Below, piece by piece: positions 9,667 through 19,648 of a stretch of DNA of 53,301 bases. Each line of letters starts with the position of its first letter. Within the stretch, counting starts at the first letter, position 1. This stretch comes from Candidatus Tepidifontimicrobium thermophilum (lineage in GTDB: Bacteria > Sysuimicrobiota > Sysuimicrobiia > Sysuimicrobiales > Sysuimicrobiaceae). The position numbers and the translations under genes were made by a program. The notes under the pieces were generated by a model. The model was not told where the DNA came from and searched no databases. It saw only the letters and a program-made list of their open reading frames with translations. The stretch is from contig JAVKHO010000018.1 in NCBI GenBank assembly GCA_031459915.1, forward strand, positions 5,190 to 58,490, in the 5' to 3' direction.

Positions 9667-10443
9667 GTGGCGCACGTGCGGGAGCTGTTTGACCTCTCAG
9701 GACGGGTGGCGGTGGTGACCGGCGGTTCCCGGGGCCTCGGCCTGGAGATCGCAGAAGGGCTCGGGGAGGCGGGGGCGCGGGTGGTGGTGGCCGCCCGCAG
9801 GGCGCAGTGGCTGGGCCCCGCCGAGGACCACCTGCGGGCCCGAGGGATCGAGGTGTCCGCGGTGGCCTGCGACGTGGCAGACCCGGAGCAGGCGCGCCGG
9901 CTGGTCCAGGTGGCGGTGGACCGTTTCGGCCGCCTGGACGTGTTGGTGAACAACGCCGGCGTGAGCTGGGGCGCGCCGCTGGAGGAGATGCCCCTGGAGC
10001 GGTGGAGGCACGTGCTGGACGTGAACCTGACGGGCACCTTCCTAGTCACGCAGGCGGCGGTCCCCGTGATGAAGGCCGCGGGCTGGGGACGGATCGTGAA
10101 CGTGGCCTCGGTGGCCGGGCTGGTGGGTTCGCCCGCGGAGATCCTGGACGCGGTGGGCTACGCGGCCAGCAAGGGGGGCGTGGTCGCCCTCACCCGGGAC
10201 CTCGCGGTGAAGCTGGCGCCCTTCGGCATCACGGTGAACGCGGTGGCGCCGGGCTTCTTCCCGACCCGCATGAGCGAGAAGCTGCTGGAGCGGGTAGGGG
10301 ACCAGGTGGTGTCGCGGGTGCCCATGGGGCGGCTGGGACGCGAGGGCGACCTGAAGGGCGTGGTGGTGTTCCTGGCGTCCGAGGCGGCCCGGTACGTCAC
10401 CGGACAGGTGCTGGCGGTGGACGGAGGTTCTACCGCTGTGTAA
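9667..10443 (+). CDS. SDR family oxidoreductase
   Basis: TGGSRGLG, NNAG, YAASK catalytic motif, NAVAPGFFPT. Confidence 0.92.
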   Translation: MAHVRELFDLSGRVAVVTGGSRGLGLEIAEGLGEAGARVVVAARRAQWLGPAEDHLRARGIEVSAVACDVADPEQARRLVQVAVDRFGRLDVLVNNAGVSWGAPLEEMPLERWRHVLDVNLTGTFLVTQAAVPVMKAAGWGRIVNVASVAGLVGSPAEILDAVGYAASKGGVVALTRDLAVKLAPFGITVNAVAPGFFPTRMSEKLLERVGDQVVSRVPMGRLGREGDLKGVVVFLASEAARYVTGQVLAVDGGSTAV

Positions 10444-10497
10444 CCCCCGCTGAAGGATCCCGGTCGGCTCCTGCGAATCCATCCCACGGACGCGACC

Positions 10498-11700
10498 ATG
10501 CGGTCCCGTGCGCCCCTAAGTGGAATCCGGGTCCTGGAGCTGGGCAGCTTCATCGCAGGGCCGTACTGCGGCCAGCTGCTGGCGGACTACGGCGCGGAGG
10601 TCATCAAGGTGGAGCCCCCGCGGGAGGGGGACGCCATGCGGCGTTGGGGAGTGGCGCTGTACCAGGGCCGGTCGCTTTGGTGGCCCGTGATCGCGCGGGG
10701 GAAGAAGAGCGTGACGGTAGACCTGCGGCACCCAGACGGGCAGGAGTTGGTCCGACGGTTGGCGGACCGCTGCGACGTCCTGGTGGAGAACTTCCGGCCC
10801 GGGACCCTGGAGGGGTGGGGCCTAGGCCCTGACGTCCTGCTGGAGCGTAACCCCGCGCTGGTGTACGTGCGGATCTCCGCCTTCGGGCAGGCGGGTCCAT
10901 ACCGGGACCGCCCGGGGTTCGGTGCGGTGGCCGAGGCTATGGGCGGGTTGCGCTACCTGGTGGGCTATCCGGACCGGCCGCCCCCGCGGTTTGGGATTAG
11001 CATCGGCGACACCCTGGCGGGCATGTTCGGGGCGCTGGGCGCACTGCTGGCCCTTCGGGAGCGGGAGGTGCGGGGCGGGCGGGGCCAGGTGGTGGACGTA
11101 GCCATCACCGACGCGGTGCTGGCGGTGCTGGAGAGTGTGATCGCGGAGTGCAGCGTGACCGGCGCGGTGCGGGAGCGCAGCGGGACGGTGCTCCCCGGGG
11201 TGGCCCCCAGCAACCTGTACGAGACCGCGGACGGGCGGTGGGTGGTGGTGGCAGCCAACGCGGACGGGGTGTTCCGGAGGCTGTGCGACGCCATGGGCCG
11301 GCCGGAGTGGAAAGCCGACCCCCGTTACGCCACCCACGAGGCGCGGGGCGCCCACCAGGCGGAGCTGGACCAGGCCATCGCCCAGTGGGTGCGGTCGCTG
11401 CCCGCGGAAGAGCTGCTGGGCGTGCTGGACCGCCACGGAGTGCCCTGCGGCCCGGTCTACAACGCCGCCGAGGTCCTGGCGGATCCCCACTACCGCGCGC
11501 GGGGGGCCCTGGTGGAGGTGGACAACCCCGGAGTGGGCCGTGTCACCATGCAGGGGCCGGTGCCACGCCTCGCGGAGACCCCGCTACCGGTCCCGGGACC
11601 CGCGCCCGAGCTGGGGGAGCACACCGACCACGTCTTAAAGGAGCTCCTGGGCCTCTCCGCGGAAGACGTCGCCCGGCTGCGGGAGGCGGGTGTGGTGTGA
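10498..11700 (+). CDS. CaiB/BaiF (family III) CoA transferase
   Basis: PLSGIRVLELGSFIAGP, GAEVIKVEPP, DVLVENFRPG, catalytic IGD, APELGEHTD. Confidence 0.92.
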   Translation: MRSRAPLSGIRVLELGSFIAGPYCGQLLADYGAEVIKVEPPREGDAMRRWGVALYQGRSLWWPVIARGKKSVTVDLRHPDGQELVRRLADRCDVLVENFRPGTLEGWGLGPDVLLERNPALVYVRISAFGQAGPYRDRPGFGAVAEAMGGLRYLVGYPDRPPPRFGISIGDTLAGMFGALGALLALREREVRGGRGQVVDVAITDAVLAVLESVIAECSVTGAVRERSGTVLPGVAPSNLYETADGRWVVVAANADGVFRRLCDAMGRPEWKADPRYATHEARGAHQAELDQAIAQWVRSLPAEELLGVLDRHGVPCGPVYNAAEVLADPHYRARGALVEVDNPGVGRVTMQGPVPRLAETPLPVPGPAPELGEHTDHVLKELLGLSAEDVARLREAGVV

Positions 11701-12512
11701 AGCTGGCCTCGCCGCCCGGGACGTGCGCGGTGCGCCTGCAGGGGTGCCGGCGATCCTTCCGGACGCCCGACGGCGGGGTGTACGTGGCGCTGGATCGCGT
11801 GGACCTGGAAGTCCGCGCGGGCGAGTTCGTGGCGTTAGTGGGCCCCACGGGGTGCGGGAAGTCCACGCTGCTGAACCTGGTGGCCGGGCTGCTGCCGCCC
11901 GACGCGGGGCGGGTGGAGGTGTTCGGCTCGCCCCTGGAGGGGATCAACCGGCGCGCCAGTTACCTGTTCCAGCAGGACGTCCTGTTGCCGTGGAAGACCG
12001 CGGAGGAGAACGTCATGCTGGGGCTGGTGTTCCGCCGGGTGCCCCGGGAGGAGGCACGGCGGCAGGCGCGGGCCTGGCTGGAGCGGGTGGGCCTGCGGGG
12101 GTTCGAGAACCGCTACCCGCACCAGCTGTCCGGAGGCATGCGCAAACGGGTGGCCTTAGCCCAGAACCTCATCGTGGACCCGGAGATCCTCCTCATGGAC
12201 GAGCCCTTCGCCGCCCTGGACGTGCAGACCCGACAGCTCATGGAGAACGACCTATTACGCATCTGGCAGGAGGAGCGGAAGACGGTCCTGTTCGTGACCC
12301 ACGACCTGGAAGAGGCCATCGCCCTGAGCGACCGGGTGGTGGTGCTGTCCGCGGGACCTGCCGCACGTCCGGTGGGGGAGTTCCCGGTGGACCTCCCGCG
12401 GCCCCGGGACGTCACGGAGGTCCGGTTGGACCCCGCCTTCGGCGAGCTGTTCCGCCGGATCTGGGACCTGCTGCGGGGGGAGGTGCTACGTGCGTTCCGG
12501 CTCGGTCCCTGA
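11697..12512 (+). CDS. NitT/TauT family ABC transporter ATP-binding protein
   Basis: GPTGCGKST, YPHQLSGGMRKRV, LMDEPFAALD, FVTHDLEEAI. Confidence 0.92.
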   Translation: MKLASPPGTCAVRLQGCRRSFRTPDGGVYVALDRVDLEVRAGEFVALVGPTGCGKSTLLNLVAGLLPPDAGRVEVFGSPLEGINRRASYLFQQDVLLPWKTAEENVMLGLVFRRVPREEARRQARAWLERVGLRGFENRYPHQLSGGMRKRVALAQNLIVDPEILLMDEPFAALDVQTRQLMENDLLRIWQEERKTVLFVTHDLEEAIALSDRVVVLSAGPAARPVGEFPVDLPRPRDVTEVRLDPAFGELFRRIWDLLRGEVLRAFRLGP

Positions 12513-13287
12513 GGCACGGTGGGGCCTGCGGGCGACCCAGGCGGCGGTGTTCGTCCTGCTGGTCGCTGCCTGGGAGGTGGCCAGCCGGCTGCGGTGGCTG
12601 GACCCGTTCTTCTTCAGCCGGCCGTCCAGCGTGGCGGAGCGGGTGGCCCGCTGGTTCGCCTCCGGAGAGGTGTACGTGCACATCTACGTGACCTCCCTGG
12701 AGACCCTGCTGGCGTTCCTGGTAGGGTCGCTTCTAGGGGTGGGGGTGGGGTTCGCGTTCGCCCTTTCCCCGGCGCTGTCGCGGGTGTTCGACCCCTACGT
12801 GAAGGTGGCCAACGCCATGCCCCGCATCGTCCTGGCGCCCATCTTCACGCTTTGGTTCGGGCTGGGGATCCTGTCCAAGGTGGCTTTCGGAGTTACCCTG
12901 GTGTTCTTCGTGGTGTTCTTCAACACGTACCAGGGGGTCCGGGAGGTGGATCGCAACGTGCTCAACAACGCCCGGATGCTGGGCGCCACGGACCGGGACC
13001 TGCTCCGCCACGTGCTGCTGCCCTCCGCCCTCGTGTGGATCCTCAGCAGCCTGCACACCAGCGTGGGGCTGGCCCTGGTGGGCGCGGTGGTGGGCGAGTA
13101 CCTGGGGTCTGCCCGGGGCCTGGGCTACCTGATCCACCAGGCGGAGGCGCTGTTCGACACCACGGGGGTGTTCGCCGGGCTGGTGGTCCTGGCAGGGTTC
13201 GTCCTCGTCGTGGACCTGCTGGTGTCCTCCGTGGAGCGGCATCTGCTGAGATGGAAACCACCTTCCCACGTCGAAGAAGCCCTGTGA
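12490..13287 (+). CDS. NitT/TauT family ABC transporter permease
   Basis: PRIVLAPIFTLWFGLG, EAA-like ARMLGA, GAVVGEYLGSARGLGYLI. Confidence 0.9.
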   Translation: MRSGSVPEARWGLRATQAAVFVLLVAAWEVASRLRWLDPFFFSRPSSVAERVARWFASGEVYVHIYVTSLETLLAFLVGSLLGVGVGFAFALSPALSRVFDPYVKVANAMPRIVLAPIFTLWFGLGILSKVAFGVTLVFFVVFFNTYQGVREVDRNVLNNARMLGATDRDLLRHVLLPSALVWILSSLHTSVGLALVGAVVGEYLGSARGLGYLIHQAEALFDTTGVFAGLVVLAGFVLVVDLLVSSVERHLLRWKPPSHVEEAL

Positions 13288-14339
13288 AGGGGGTGAGCGG
13301 AGTGCGGAGGAGTCTTGGACTGTTGGCGGTGGTGCTGTCGGCCTTGCTGGTGTGGCCCGCGGCGGCCCAGCAGGGCCGACCGGAGCGCAGCCGGATCGTG
13401 CTGGCGGTGGGAGGGAAGGAGGCCCTGGTCTACCTGCCCCTGACCGTGGCGGAGCGCTTGGGCTACCTGCGGGAGACCGGGATCCAGATCGACATTCAGA
13501 ACTTCGCGGGCGGCGGGCCTGCCCTGCGGGCCTTGGTGGGCGGCAGCGCGGACGTGGTGAGCGGCTTCTACGACCACACCATCCAGATGCAGGCGCAGGG
13601 GCGGGACATCCGGGCCTTCGTGATGCAGCAGCGCTACCCGGGCTTGGTCCTGGCGGTGACCAAGGCCGCGTACGACGCCGGCGTCCGCAGCTTCCTGGAC
13701 CTGCGGGGCAAGCGGGTCGGGGTCACCGCCCCGGGCTCCAGCACCCACTTCTTCCTGAACTTCCTGATGACCAAGGCGGGTGCATCCCTCGGCGACTTCT
13801 CCGTGATCGGGATCGGCGCCGGGGCCACCGCGGTGGCCGCGGTGCGCAACCGCCAGGTGGACGCCCTGGTGAACGTGGACCCCGTGGTCTCCCTGCTGGA
13901 GACGGCCGGCGAGATCGTGGTGCTGGCGGACACCCGCACCACCACGGGGACCCTGCGGACCTTCGGAGGCCCCTATCCCGCGGCCTGCCTGTACGCCACG
14001 GGCGAGTTCATCGAGCGCAACCCGAACACCGTGCAGGCCCTCACCCTGGCCATGGTGAAGGCGCTGCAGTGGATCCGGTCCCGTCACTCCGTGGAGGACA
14101 TCGTGAACCTCATGCCTCCGGAGTACTACCAGGGGAACCGCGAGGTGTACACGCGGGCGGTGCGGAACATGCTGCAGTCGTACTCGCCGGACGGCCGGAT
14201 GCTGGAGGCGGGGCCGCCCAACGTGCTGCGGGTGCTCTCGCAGTTCGACCCCCAGGTGAGCCGGGCCCGCATCGACCTCAGCAAGACGTACGAGACCCGG
14301 TTCGTGGAGGCGGCCCTCAAGCAACTGCGCGGTAAGTGA
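13284..14339 (+). CDS. NitT/TauT family ABC substrate-binding protein
   Basis: signal peptide ending PAAA-Q; YLPLTVAERLGY, DLRGKRVGVTAPGSST; start could be GTG 13293 or 13302. Confidence 0.88.
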   Translation: MKGVSGVRRSLGLLAVVLSALLVWPAAAQQGRPERSRIVLAVGGKEALVYLPLTVAERLGYLRETGIQIDIQNFAGGGPALRALVGGSADVVSGFYDHTIQMQAQGRDIRAFVMQQRYPGLVLAVTKAAYDAGVRSFLDLRGKRVGVTAPGSSTHFFLNFLMTKAGASLGDFSVIGIGAGATAVAAVRNRQVDALVNVDPVVSLLETAGEIVVLADTRTTTGTLRTFGGPYPAACLYATGEFIERNPNTVQALTLAMVKALQWIRSRHSVEDIVNLMPPEYYQGNREVYTRAVRNMLQSYSPDGRMLEAGPPNVLRVLSQFDPQVSRARIDLSKTYETRFVEAALKQLRGK

Positions 14340-14345
14340 GCCCGT

Positions 14346-15026
14346 CTACCGGGAGGCGGCGCGGGCGGCCCGCGCTGCCTCCCGGGCCAGGCGGAGGGGC
14401 TCGGGGGTCCGGAACCTGCCCACCAGCTGCAGGACCACCGCCACCGCGGTGTCCGGGTCGGTCCGCCACCCCGCGTGCACACACACCGGCCGGACCCGGG
14501 GCCGGGTACGCACCCAGTACCCCACCAACTCACCCTGCACGTACAGGGGGCTGCAAGCGCCACGGCGGTCCTCGGGCGGCTGACCGGAGGCTACCAGGGG
14601 CCGGTCCGTGATCCCCACGGTGGGCACGCCCAGCACCGCACCCAGGTGGAGCGCGAGGCCCGCCCGCCTGGGGTGGTCCCGGCCCGTGGCGTCCACCAGA
14701 AGGACGTCCGGCAGGCGCGGTAGCGCCCGCACCGCGGCCTCCAGGATCGGGCCCTCCCGCAGCGCCAGCAACCCGGGCTCGTACGGAGCCGGGACCTTTC
14801 CGGTCACGACCACTCGGCGTACGTCTTCGTGGGCGCACAGCACCGCAGCAGCCCAGCACGGCTCCCCCGCCTGACCGGCTCCTTCCCGGCCCCGGGGGTA
14901 GCAGGCGAAGCAGGCCCCCGCGACCCAGTGGCCCTCCGGCTTCCACGGCGGGGGCTTTAGAGAGCCCAGGCGCTCCTGCTCCCGCAACAGGGCGTCCGGG
15001 GTCGTCGGCCACCGGCAGGTTTCCAC
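14346..15026 (-). CDS. nfi: Endonuclease V-like protein (atypical first catalytic motif)
   Basis: PYEPGLLALREGP, DVLLVDATGRDHPRRAGLALHLG, PTVG, FRTPEPLRLA. Confidence 0.8.
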   Translation of the reverse strand: METCRWPTTPDALLREQERLGSLKPPPWKPEGHWVAGACFACYPRGREGAGQAGEPCWAAAVLCAHEDVRRVVVTGKVPAPYEPGLLALREGPILEAAVRALPRLPDVLLVDATGRDHPRRAGLALHLGAVLGVPTVGITDRPLVASGQPPEDRRGACSPLYVQGELVGYWVRTRPRVRPVCVHAGWRTDPDTAVAVVLQLVGRFRTPEPLRLAREAARAARAASR

Positions 15027-15099
15027 GCACGGGCTGTTCGCGGGACCGGGCCGGTCCCCTGCAGGACCCGTCCGAAGGTCTTGGGGAAAAACCTCGACT

Positions 15100-15825
15100 G
15101 TGGGACGGCGGATCTGGGTGGGCTGCTGCGGGTTCGCCCGCAAGCTGGAGGAGTACGCCCGCCACCTACCCGTGGTGGAGGTACAGCAGACCTTCTACCG
15201 GCTCCCGCAGGTGAGGACCGCGCAAGGCTGGCGCCGGCGCGTCCCCGAGGGGTTCGTGTTCACGCTGAAGGCGTGGCAGCTCATCACCCACCCGCCTACC
15301 AGCCCCACCTACCGCCGCCTGGGCCGGCCGGTGCCTGCGTCTCAAGCCGACCGCTACGGGTTCTTCGCGCCCACGGAGGAGGTCCGGGAGGCGTGGGCTC
15401 AGACCCTGGAGGTGGCGCGGGCCCTGCGCGCGTCCGTGGTGGTGTTCCAGTGCCCCGCGAGCTTCACGCCCACCTCCGTCCACGTGGCCAACCTGGAGCG
15501 CTTCTTCCGCACGGCTCCCCGGGACGGCCTCCAGTTCGCGTGGGAGCCCCGAGGAGACTGGCCGGAGGAGCTGGTGAGGCGGCTGTGCCAGGAGCTGGAC
15601 CTCGTGCACTGCACCGACCCGTTCGTGGCACGGAGTGTGTTCGGGCACTTCCGCTACTACCGCCTGCACGGGCGCGGCGGCTACCGGTACCGGTACACCG
15701 AGGAGGACCTCCGGGAGCTCCGCGGGTGGTGTCAGGAACCCGCCTACGTCCTGTTCAACAACGTCAGCATGTGGGAGGACGCCCTGAGGTTTCAGGAGCT
15801 GTTGGGCAGCGACGGCCACCCGTGA
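15100..15825 (+). CDS. DUF72 (YecE) family protein
   Basis: IWVGCCGF, VEVQQTFY, FTLKAWQLITH, VFQCPASF, YYRLHG, YVLFNN. Confidence 0.88.
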   Translation: MGRRIWVGCCGFARKLEEYARHLPVVEVQQTFYRLPQVRTAQGWRRRVPEGFVFTLKAWQLITHPPTSPTYRRLGRPVPASQADRYGFFAPTEEVREAWAQTLEVARALRASVVVFQCPASFTPTSVHVANLERFFRTAPRDGLQFAWEPRGDWPEELVRRLCQELDLVHCTDPFVARSVFGHFRYYRLHGRGGYRYRYTEEDLRELRGWCQEPAYVLFNNVSMWEDALRFQELLGSDGHP

Positions 15826-15832
15826 GAGTCGT

Positions 15833-16468
15833 CTACCGCCGGTACGCCACCAGGACTCCATCCCTCAGGGGGACCACGGTGGCCGCGAAGTCGGGGTCCG
15901 AGAACACCGCGCGGGTGAACGTCCGGATGGCCTCCGTGGCCTCGTCCCGGACCCGGCGGTCCAGCACACGCCCGTACCAGAGGACGTTGTCCGCGAGCAA
16001 CAGCCCGCCGGGTCGCAGCCGCGACTTGATGACGGGGAGCGCGTCCGGGTAGGCGGGTTTTTCGATGTCGTTGAACACCACGTCAAACGTTTCGTGCAGG
16101 GACGCCAGGTGTCCCACGGCCTCCGCCACGTGGAACCGGACCACGGACAGCAGCCCCATGCGGCCCAGGTACTGCCGCGCGTCCTCGGACAGCTTCGGGT
16201 CCCAAACCACGTGGTGGACCACACCGCCCCCGTTCTCCTGGACCGCGAGGGCGAACCACGCGGTGGAGTACCCGTACCCCGAGCCCATCTCGAACACCCG
16301 ACGCGCGCCCGCGAGGCGGGTCAGCACGTAGAACAGCTGGCCTACCGCGGGGCCCACGATGGGGAAACCCGTGGCCCGGGCCCGCGCCTCCATCTCCTCC
16401 AGCACAGGATGTCGGGGCGGGACCAGGGACTCCAGGTACGGCATCAACCTGGCGTGGAAGAGGTCCAC
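15833..16468 (-). CDS. SAM-dependent O-methyltransferase
   Basis: GFPIVGPAVG, VFEMGSGYGYST, FDVVFNDIEK, LRPGGLLLADNVLW, PLRDGV. Confidence 0.9.
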   Translation of the reverse strand: MDLFHARLMPYLESLVPPRHPVLEEMEARARATGFPIVGPAVGQLFYVLTRLAGARRVFEMGSGYGYSTAWFALAVQENGGGVVHHVVWDPKLSEDARQYLGRMGLLSVVRFHVAEAVGHLASLHETFDVVFNDIEKPAYPDALPVIKSRLRPGGLLLADNVLWYGRVLDRRVRDEATEAIRTFTRAVFSDPDFAATVVPLRDGVLVAYRR

Positions 16469-16573
16469 AACAGCACCCCCGCGGATGGGTTGGCCAATCA
16501 CGCGCCGCTTCCTCCCGGGGAGTTCGGGGCCGGGCGTCGAAAACGGTAACAAAAGCCCGAGGGGGAGGGTTGC

Positions 16574-17644
16574 ATGCGTTGGCTGGTGGCCGGGTTGACC
16601 GTGCTGGTGGTGTTCGGTACACGGCCGTCCGCGCGCCCACAGGCCGTGGATTGGGTCCGGGGGCTGGAGGTGCCGTGGGCCGTCGCGTTCGCCCCCGACG
16701 GCCGGGCCTTCGTCACGGAGCGGCCGGGCCGGGTGCGGGTGGTGCGGGCGGGCCGGCTGGACCCCCAGCCCGCGGCGACCCTGCCCGTAGCGCACGTGGG
16801 GGAAGGCGGCCTGCTGGGGCTGGCGCTGCACCCGCAGTTTCCCGACCCGCCGTACGTGTACGTGTACTACACGTACCGGCAGGACGGGCTGCGGAACCGG
16901 GTGGAGCGGTTCCGGGAGCAGGGCGGCAGGCTCGTGCGGGACCGGGTGATCGTAGACGACATCCCTGGTGCCTTCGTGCACGACGGGGGCCGGATCCGGT
17001 TCGGGCCCGACGGCATGCTGTACGTGGGGACGGGAGACGCGCGACAACCCGCCCTCGCGCAGGACCCGAGGTCCCTGGCGGGGAAGATCCTGCGGGTGAC
17101 GCCCGACGGAGGCGTCCCCTCGGACAACCCGTTTCCTGGGTCTGTCGTGTACTCCCTGGGCCACCGCAACGTGCAGGGGTTGGCCTGGCACCCGCTGTCC
17201 CGCCGGCTGTACGCGACCGAGCACGGACCTTCCGGAGAGCACGGGTTCGCTCACGATGAGGTGAACCTGATCCGTCCCGGGGGCAACTACGGCTGGCCGG
17301 AGGTGCTGTGCGGGCAGGGCGGCCGGCCGGAGTTTGTCGAAGCCCTCGCGTGTAGCGGCGAGGACACCTGGGCCCCTTCCGGGGCGGAGTTCGTAAGGAC
17401 CGGCAGCTGGCGCGGGCGGCTCCTGGTCGCCAACCTCCGCGGCGCCCACCTGCGCGCCTTCGTGCTCGCCCCTGACGGGAGCCGGGTGGAGCGGCAGGAG
17501 GTGGTGCTGTCCGGGTTCGGGCGCCTGCGGGACGTGGTGGAGGGCCCGGACCGCGCCCTGTACGTCCTCACCAGCAACCGGGACGGCCGGGGTCGGCCCG
17601 CAGCCTCTGACGACCGGATCCTGCGGATCCCGCTGCCGCCGTAA
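16574..17644 (+). CDS. PQQ-dependent sugar (glucose/sorbosone) dehydrogenase
   Basis: signal peptide; GEGGLLGLALHP, HDGGRIRFGPDG, LGHRNVQG, NYGWP, GRLRDV. Confidence 0.9.
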   Translation: MRWLVAGLTVLVVFGTRPSARPQAVDWVRGLEVPWAVAFAPDGRAFVTERPGRVRVVRAGRLDPQPAATLPVAHVGEGGLLGLALHPQFPDPPYVYVYYTYRQDGLRNRVERFREQGGRLVRDRVIVDDIPGAFVHDGGRIRFGPDGMLYVGTGDARQPALAQDPRSLAGKILRVTPDGGVPSDNPFPGSVVYSLGHRNVQGLAWHPLSRRLYATEHGPSGEHGFAHDEVNLIRPGGNYGWPEVLCGQGGRPEFVEALACSGEDTWAPSGAEFVRTGSWRGRLLVANLRGAHLRAFVLAPDGSRVERQEVVLSGFGRLRDVVEGPDRALYVLTSNRDGRGRPAASDDRILRIPLPP

Positions 17645-17723
17645 CGGGGCCGGCGGTACCCCGGGAGGCAACGCGCCGGCCGGTGTACGATGGAGGCGCG
17701 AAGCCTGGCGGCGAGGGTCTTGG

Positions 17724-18377
17724 ATGAAGGTCATGGTGGTGGACGAGCGGAAGGAACTCATCCGGGAGCCCTATGTTGTCCGACTGGGGGGCTGGACCCT
17801 GGAACGGTACCTGCGGGAGGCGCCGGAGCACGCCCGCTGGGAGTTCGCCTACGGGGAGGTCGTGGTGTATTCGCCGGCGTCGGCTGAACACCAAGACCGG
17901 GTACGCTTCCTGCTGAGGCTCCTGGACGGGTACTGCGAGGTCCGTCGGTGGGGCAAAGTGCTGATGGGGCCGGCGGCAGTTCAGCTATCGCCCGAAGTCG
18001 TGCGGGAGCCGGACGTGTTCGTCCTGGCGCCGGAGGACGCCGGTCGTGCGCGCGGGACTCCCCTGCAGGTGCGGCCCGTGTTGGTCGTCGAGGTGGCCAG
18101 TGCACCCACCCGCAACATCGACCTACGGGAGAAAGTGCTCGACTACGCGCAGGCGGGGATTCCGGAGTACTGGGTGGTGGACGCCGACCGGAGCGAGGTG
18201 ACCGTACACCGGCTCCGCGCGGGTGGTTACGAGGTGACCGTCCTGACAGGGGGGCGGCTGGCCAGTGACGCGGTGCCGGGTTTCTGGCTGGAAGTGGGGT
18301 GGCTCTTTCAACAGCCAATGCCGTCCGTAGGGGACTGCCTGGCCCGGGTGCTTTCAGCCGAGGCCGGCCGCCCCTGA
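17724..18377 (+). CDS. Uma2 family PD-(D/E)xK endonuclease
   Basis: SPASAEHQ, REPDV, LVVEVAS, EKVLDYAQAGIPEYWVVD, VPGFWL. Confidence 0.88.
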   Translation: MKVMVVDERKELIREPYVVRLGGWTLERYLREAPEHARWEFAYGEVVVYSPASAEHQDRVRFLLRLLDGYCEVRRWGKVLMGPAAVQLSPEVVREPDVFVLAPEDAGRARGTPLQVRPVLVVEVASAPTRNIDLREKVLDYAQAGIPEYWVVDADRSEVTVHRLRAGGYEVTVLTGGRLASDAVPGFWLEVGWLFQQPMPSVGDCLARVLSAEAGRP

Positions 18378-18451
18378 ACGCCGCGTGGAGCCCGCGGCGC
18401 GGATCCCGCCAGCAGACCGCCGCCCGCGGGACAGCCGACACGACGGTCACA

Positions 18452-19648
18452 TCACCGAACCGGCACATCACCAGGGAGCCGGTAGTTCCTGAACGCCTGC
18501 CACAGGGCCGCGTCGTAGCAAGCCTTCAGCGCCCCCGCGACCCAGAAGGGTGCCGCGCCTGAAGCGAGCGGGAAGCTCCAGCCCGCCAGCGGGGTGGCGA
18601 GTCCCGCTGCCACGTGGCGCACGGCCAACGTGAGGCCCGCTGCGGCTGCCCGCTCCTCCGGCAGGGCCGCCGCCATGGTGTACGCGCGCCGCACGGGCAC
18701 GTCCACCTGCGACGTCAGGTGGCGCAGGAGGAGTGCGGCCGCGGAGGCCTCCCACGTGGGCAGCAAGGGGACCGTGCACAGGAGCGCGTTGGACGCGAGG
18801 TGGGTGCCCACCATGGTGGGCAGGAGGCCCCAGCGCCGTACCAGGAAGGGCGCCATCAGAAAGGACAGGCCAGACAGCAGGTTGGTGCCGAAGAAGAGGA
18901 GCCCGAGGACCGCAGGCCCGAGCCCGAATCTCTGGTGGAACCACAGAGCCACGAAGCTCTGAACGACGAAGCCCCCCGCGAAGGCGTCGAGGCCGAAGAG
19001 GGCCGTCAGCGCCAGGATCGGTCTGCGGGGCGGTCCCAGTCTGCCGCCAGCGACGGGGCGAGGAACGTCGGGAACACCCGCGTACAGGGGGAGCAGGGCT
19101 GCCGACACAGCTGCGAAAGCCCACATCACCACGGCGTTCGGGGCCGTCCCGGGATCCCGGGGCGGGACGAGCGTGGACAGGGCGGCGACCGCGAGGCCAC
19201 CGGCGGCCGCCGCCGCAAACGCGGAGAAGTCGTACAGGGCGTAGACGCGGACGTGCCGGGAGGCAGGCGCATCCGTGGCCAGGGCCGTCTGCTCCAGCGC
19301 CTGGAATGCTGCTACGTCCTGCCCCGTGGGGCTTACCAGTCCCAGGGCGAAGGCGGCGGCCAGCAGGCGGAAGTCCGAGCTGGTGGCCACCACCGCGCCG
19401 GAGGCGGCCAGGGCAGCTGCGCAGCCCATCAGCGCCGGCCGCAGGCGGTGGCCCAGGAGGGTCGGCAGCGCTGCCCCCGCGGCCGCGCCGCCCCAGAGGG
19501 CCGCGGTGAACAGCAGGCCCACCTGCAGCGCGGACAGCCCCCGTCGGGACAGCTCGACCGCCAGCACCACGGACAGCGCGCCGTAGCCGAAGGTCCGAAC
19601 CGCGCGGGCTGCGACCAGCCGCCCGAGGTGCCCGGGGGTCCGCCTCAC
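18452..19648 (-). CDS. MFS transporter
   Basis: about 12 hydrophobic segments; ARAVRTFGYG, LEQTAL, LDAFAGGFVVQS, SQVDVPVRRAY; GTG start overlaps the chrB stop. Confidence 0.85.
   Translation of the reverse strand: MRRTPGHLGRLVAARAVRTFGYGALSVVLAVELSRRGLSALQVGLLFTAALWGGAAAGAALPTLLGHRLRPALMGCAAALAASGAVVATSSDFRLLAAAFALGLVSPTGQDVAAFQALEQTALATDAPASRHVRVYALYDFSAFAAAAAGGLAVAALSTLVPPRDPGTAPNAVVMWAFAAVSAALLPLYAGVPDVPRPVAGGRLGPPRRPILALTALFGLDAFAGGFVVQSFVALWFHQRFGLGPAVLGLLFFGTNLLSGLSFLMAPFLVRRWGLLPTMVGTHLASNALLCTVPLLPTWEASAAALLLRHLTSQVDVPVRRAYTMAAALPEERAAAAGLTLAVRHVAAGLATPLAGWSFPLASGAAPFWVAGALKACYDAALWQAFRNYRLPGDVPVR

Noticed and set aside
15833..17761. 642-aa minus-strand ORF as a methyltransferase fusion
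   Set aside because: The N-terminal ~430 aa are the antisense shadow of the PQQ dehydrogenase; the real gene starts near 16468
17724..18377. Uma2 nuclease as a defence or mobile element
   Set aside because: Solitary, with no methylase, antitoxin, repeats or transposase nearby
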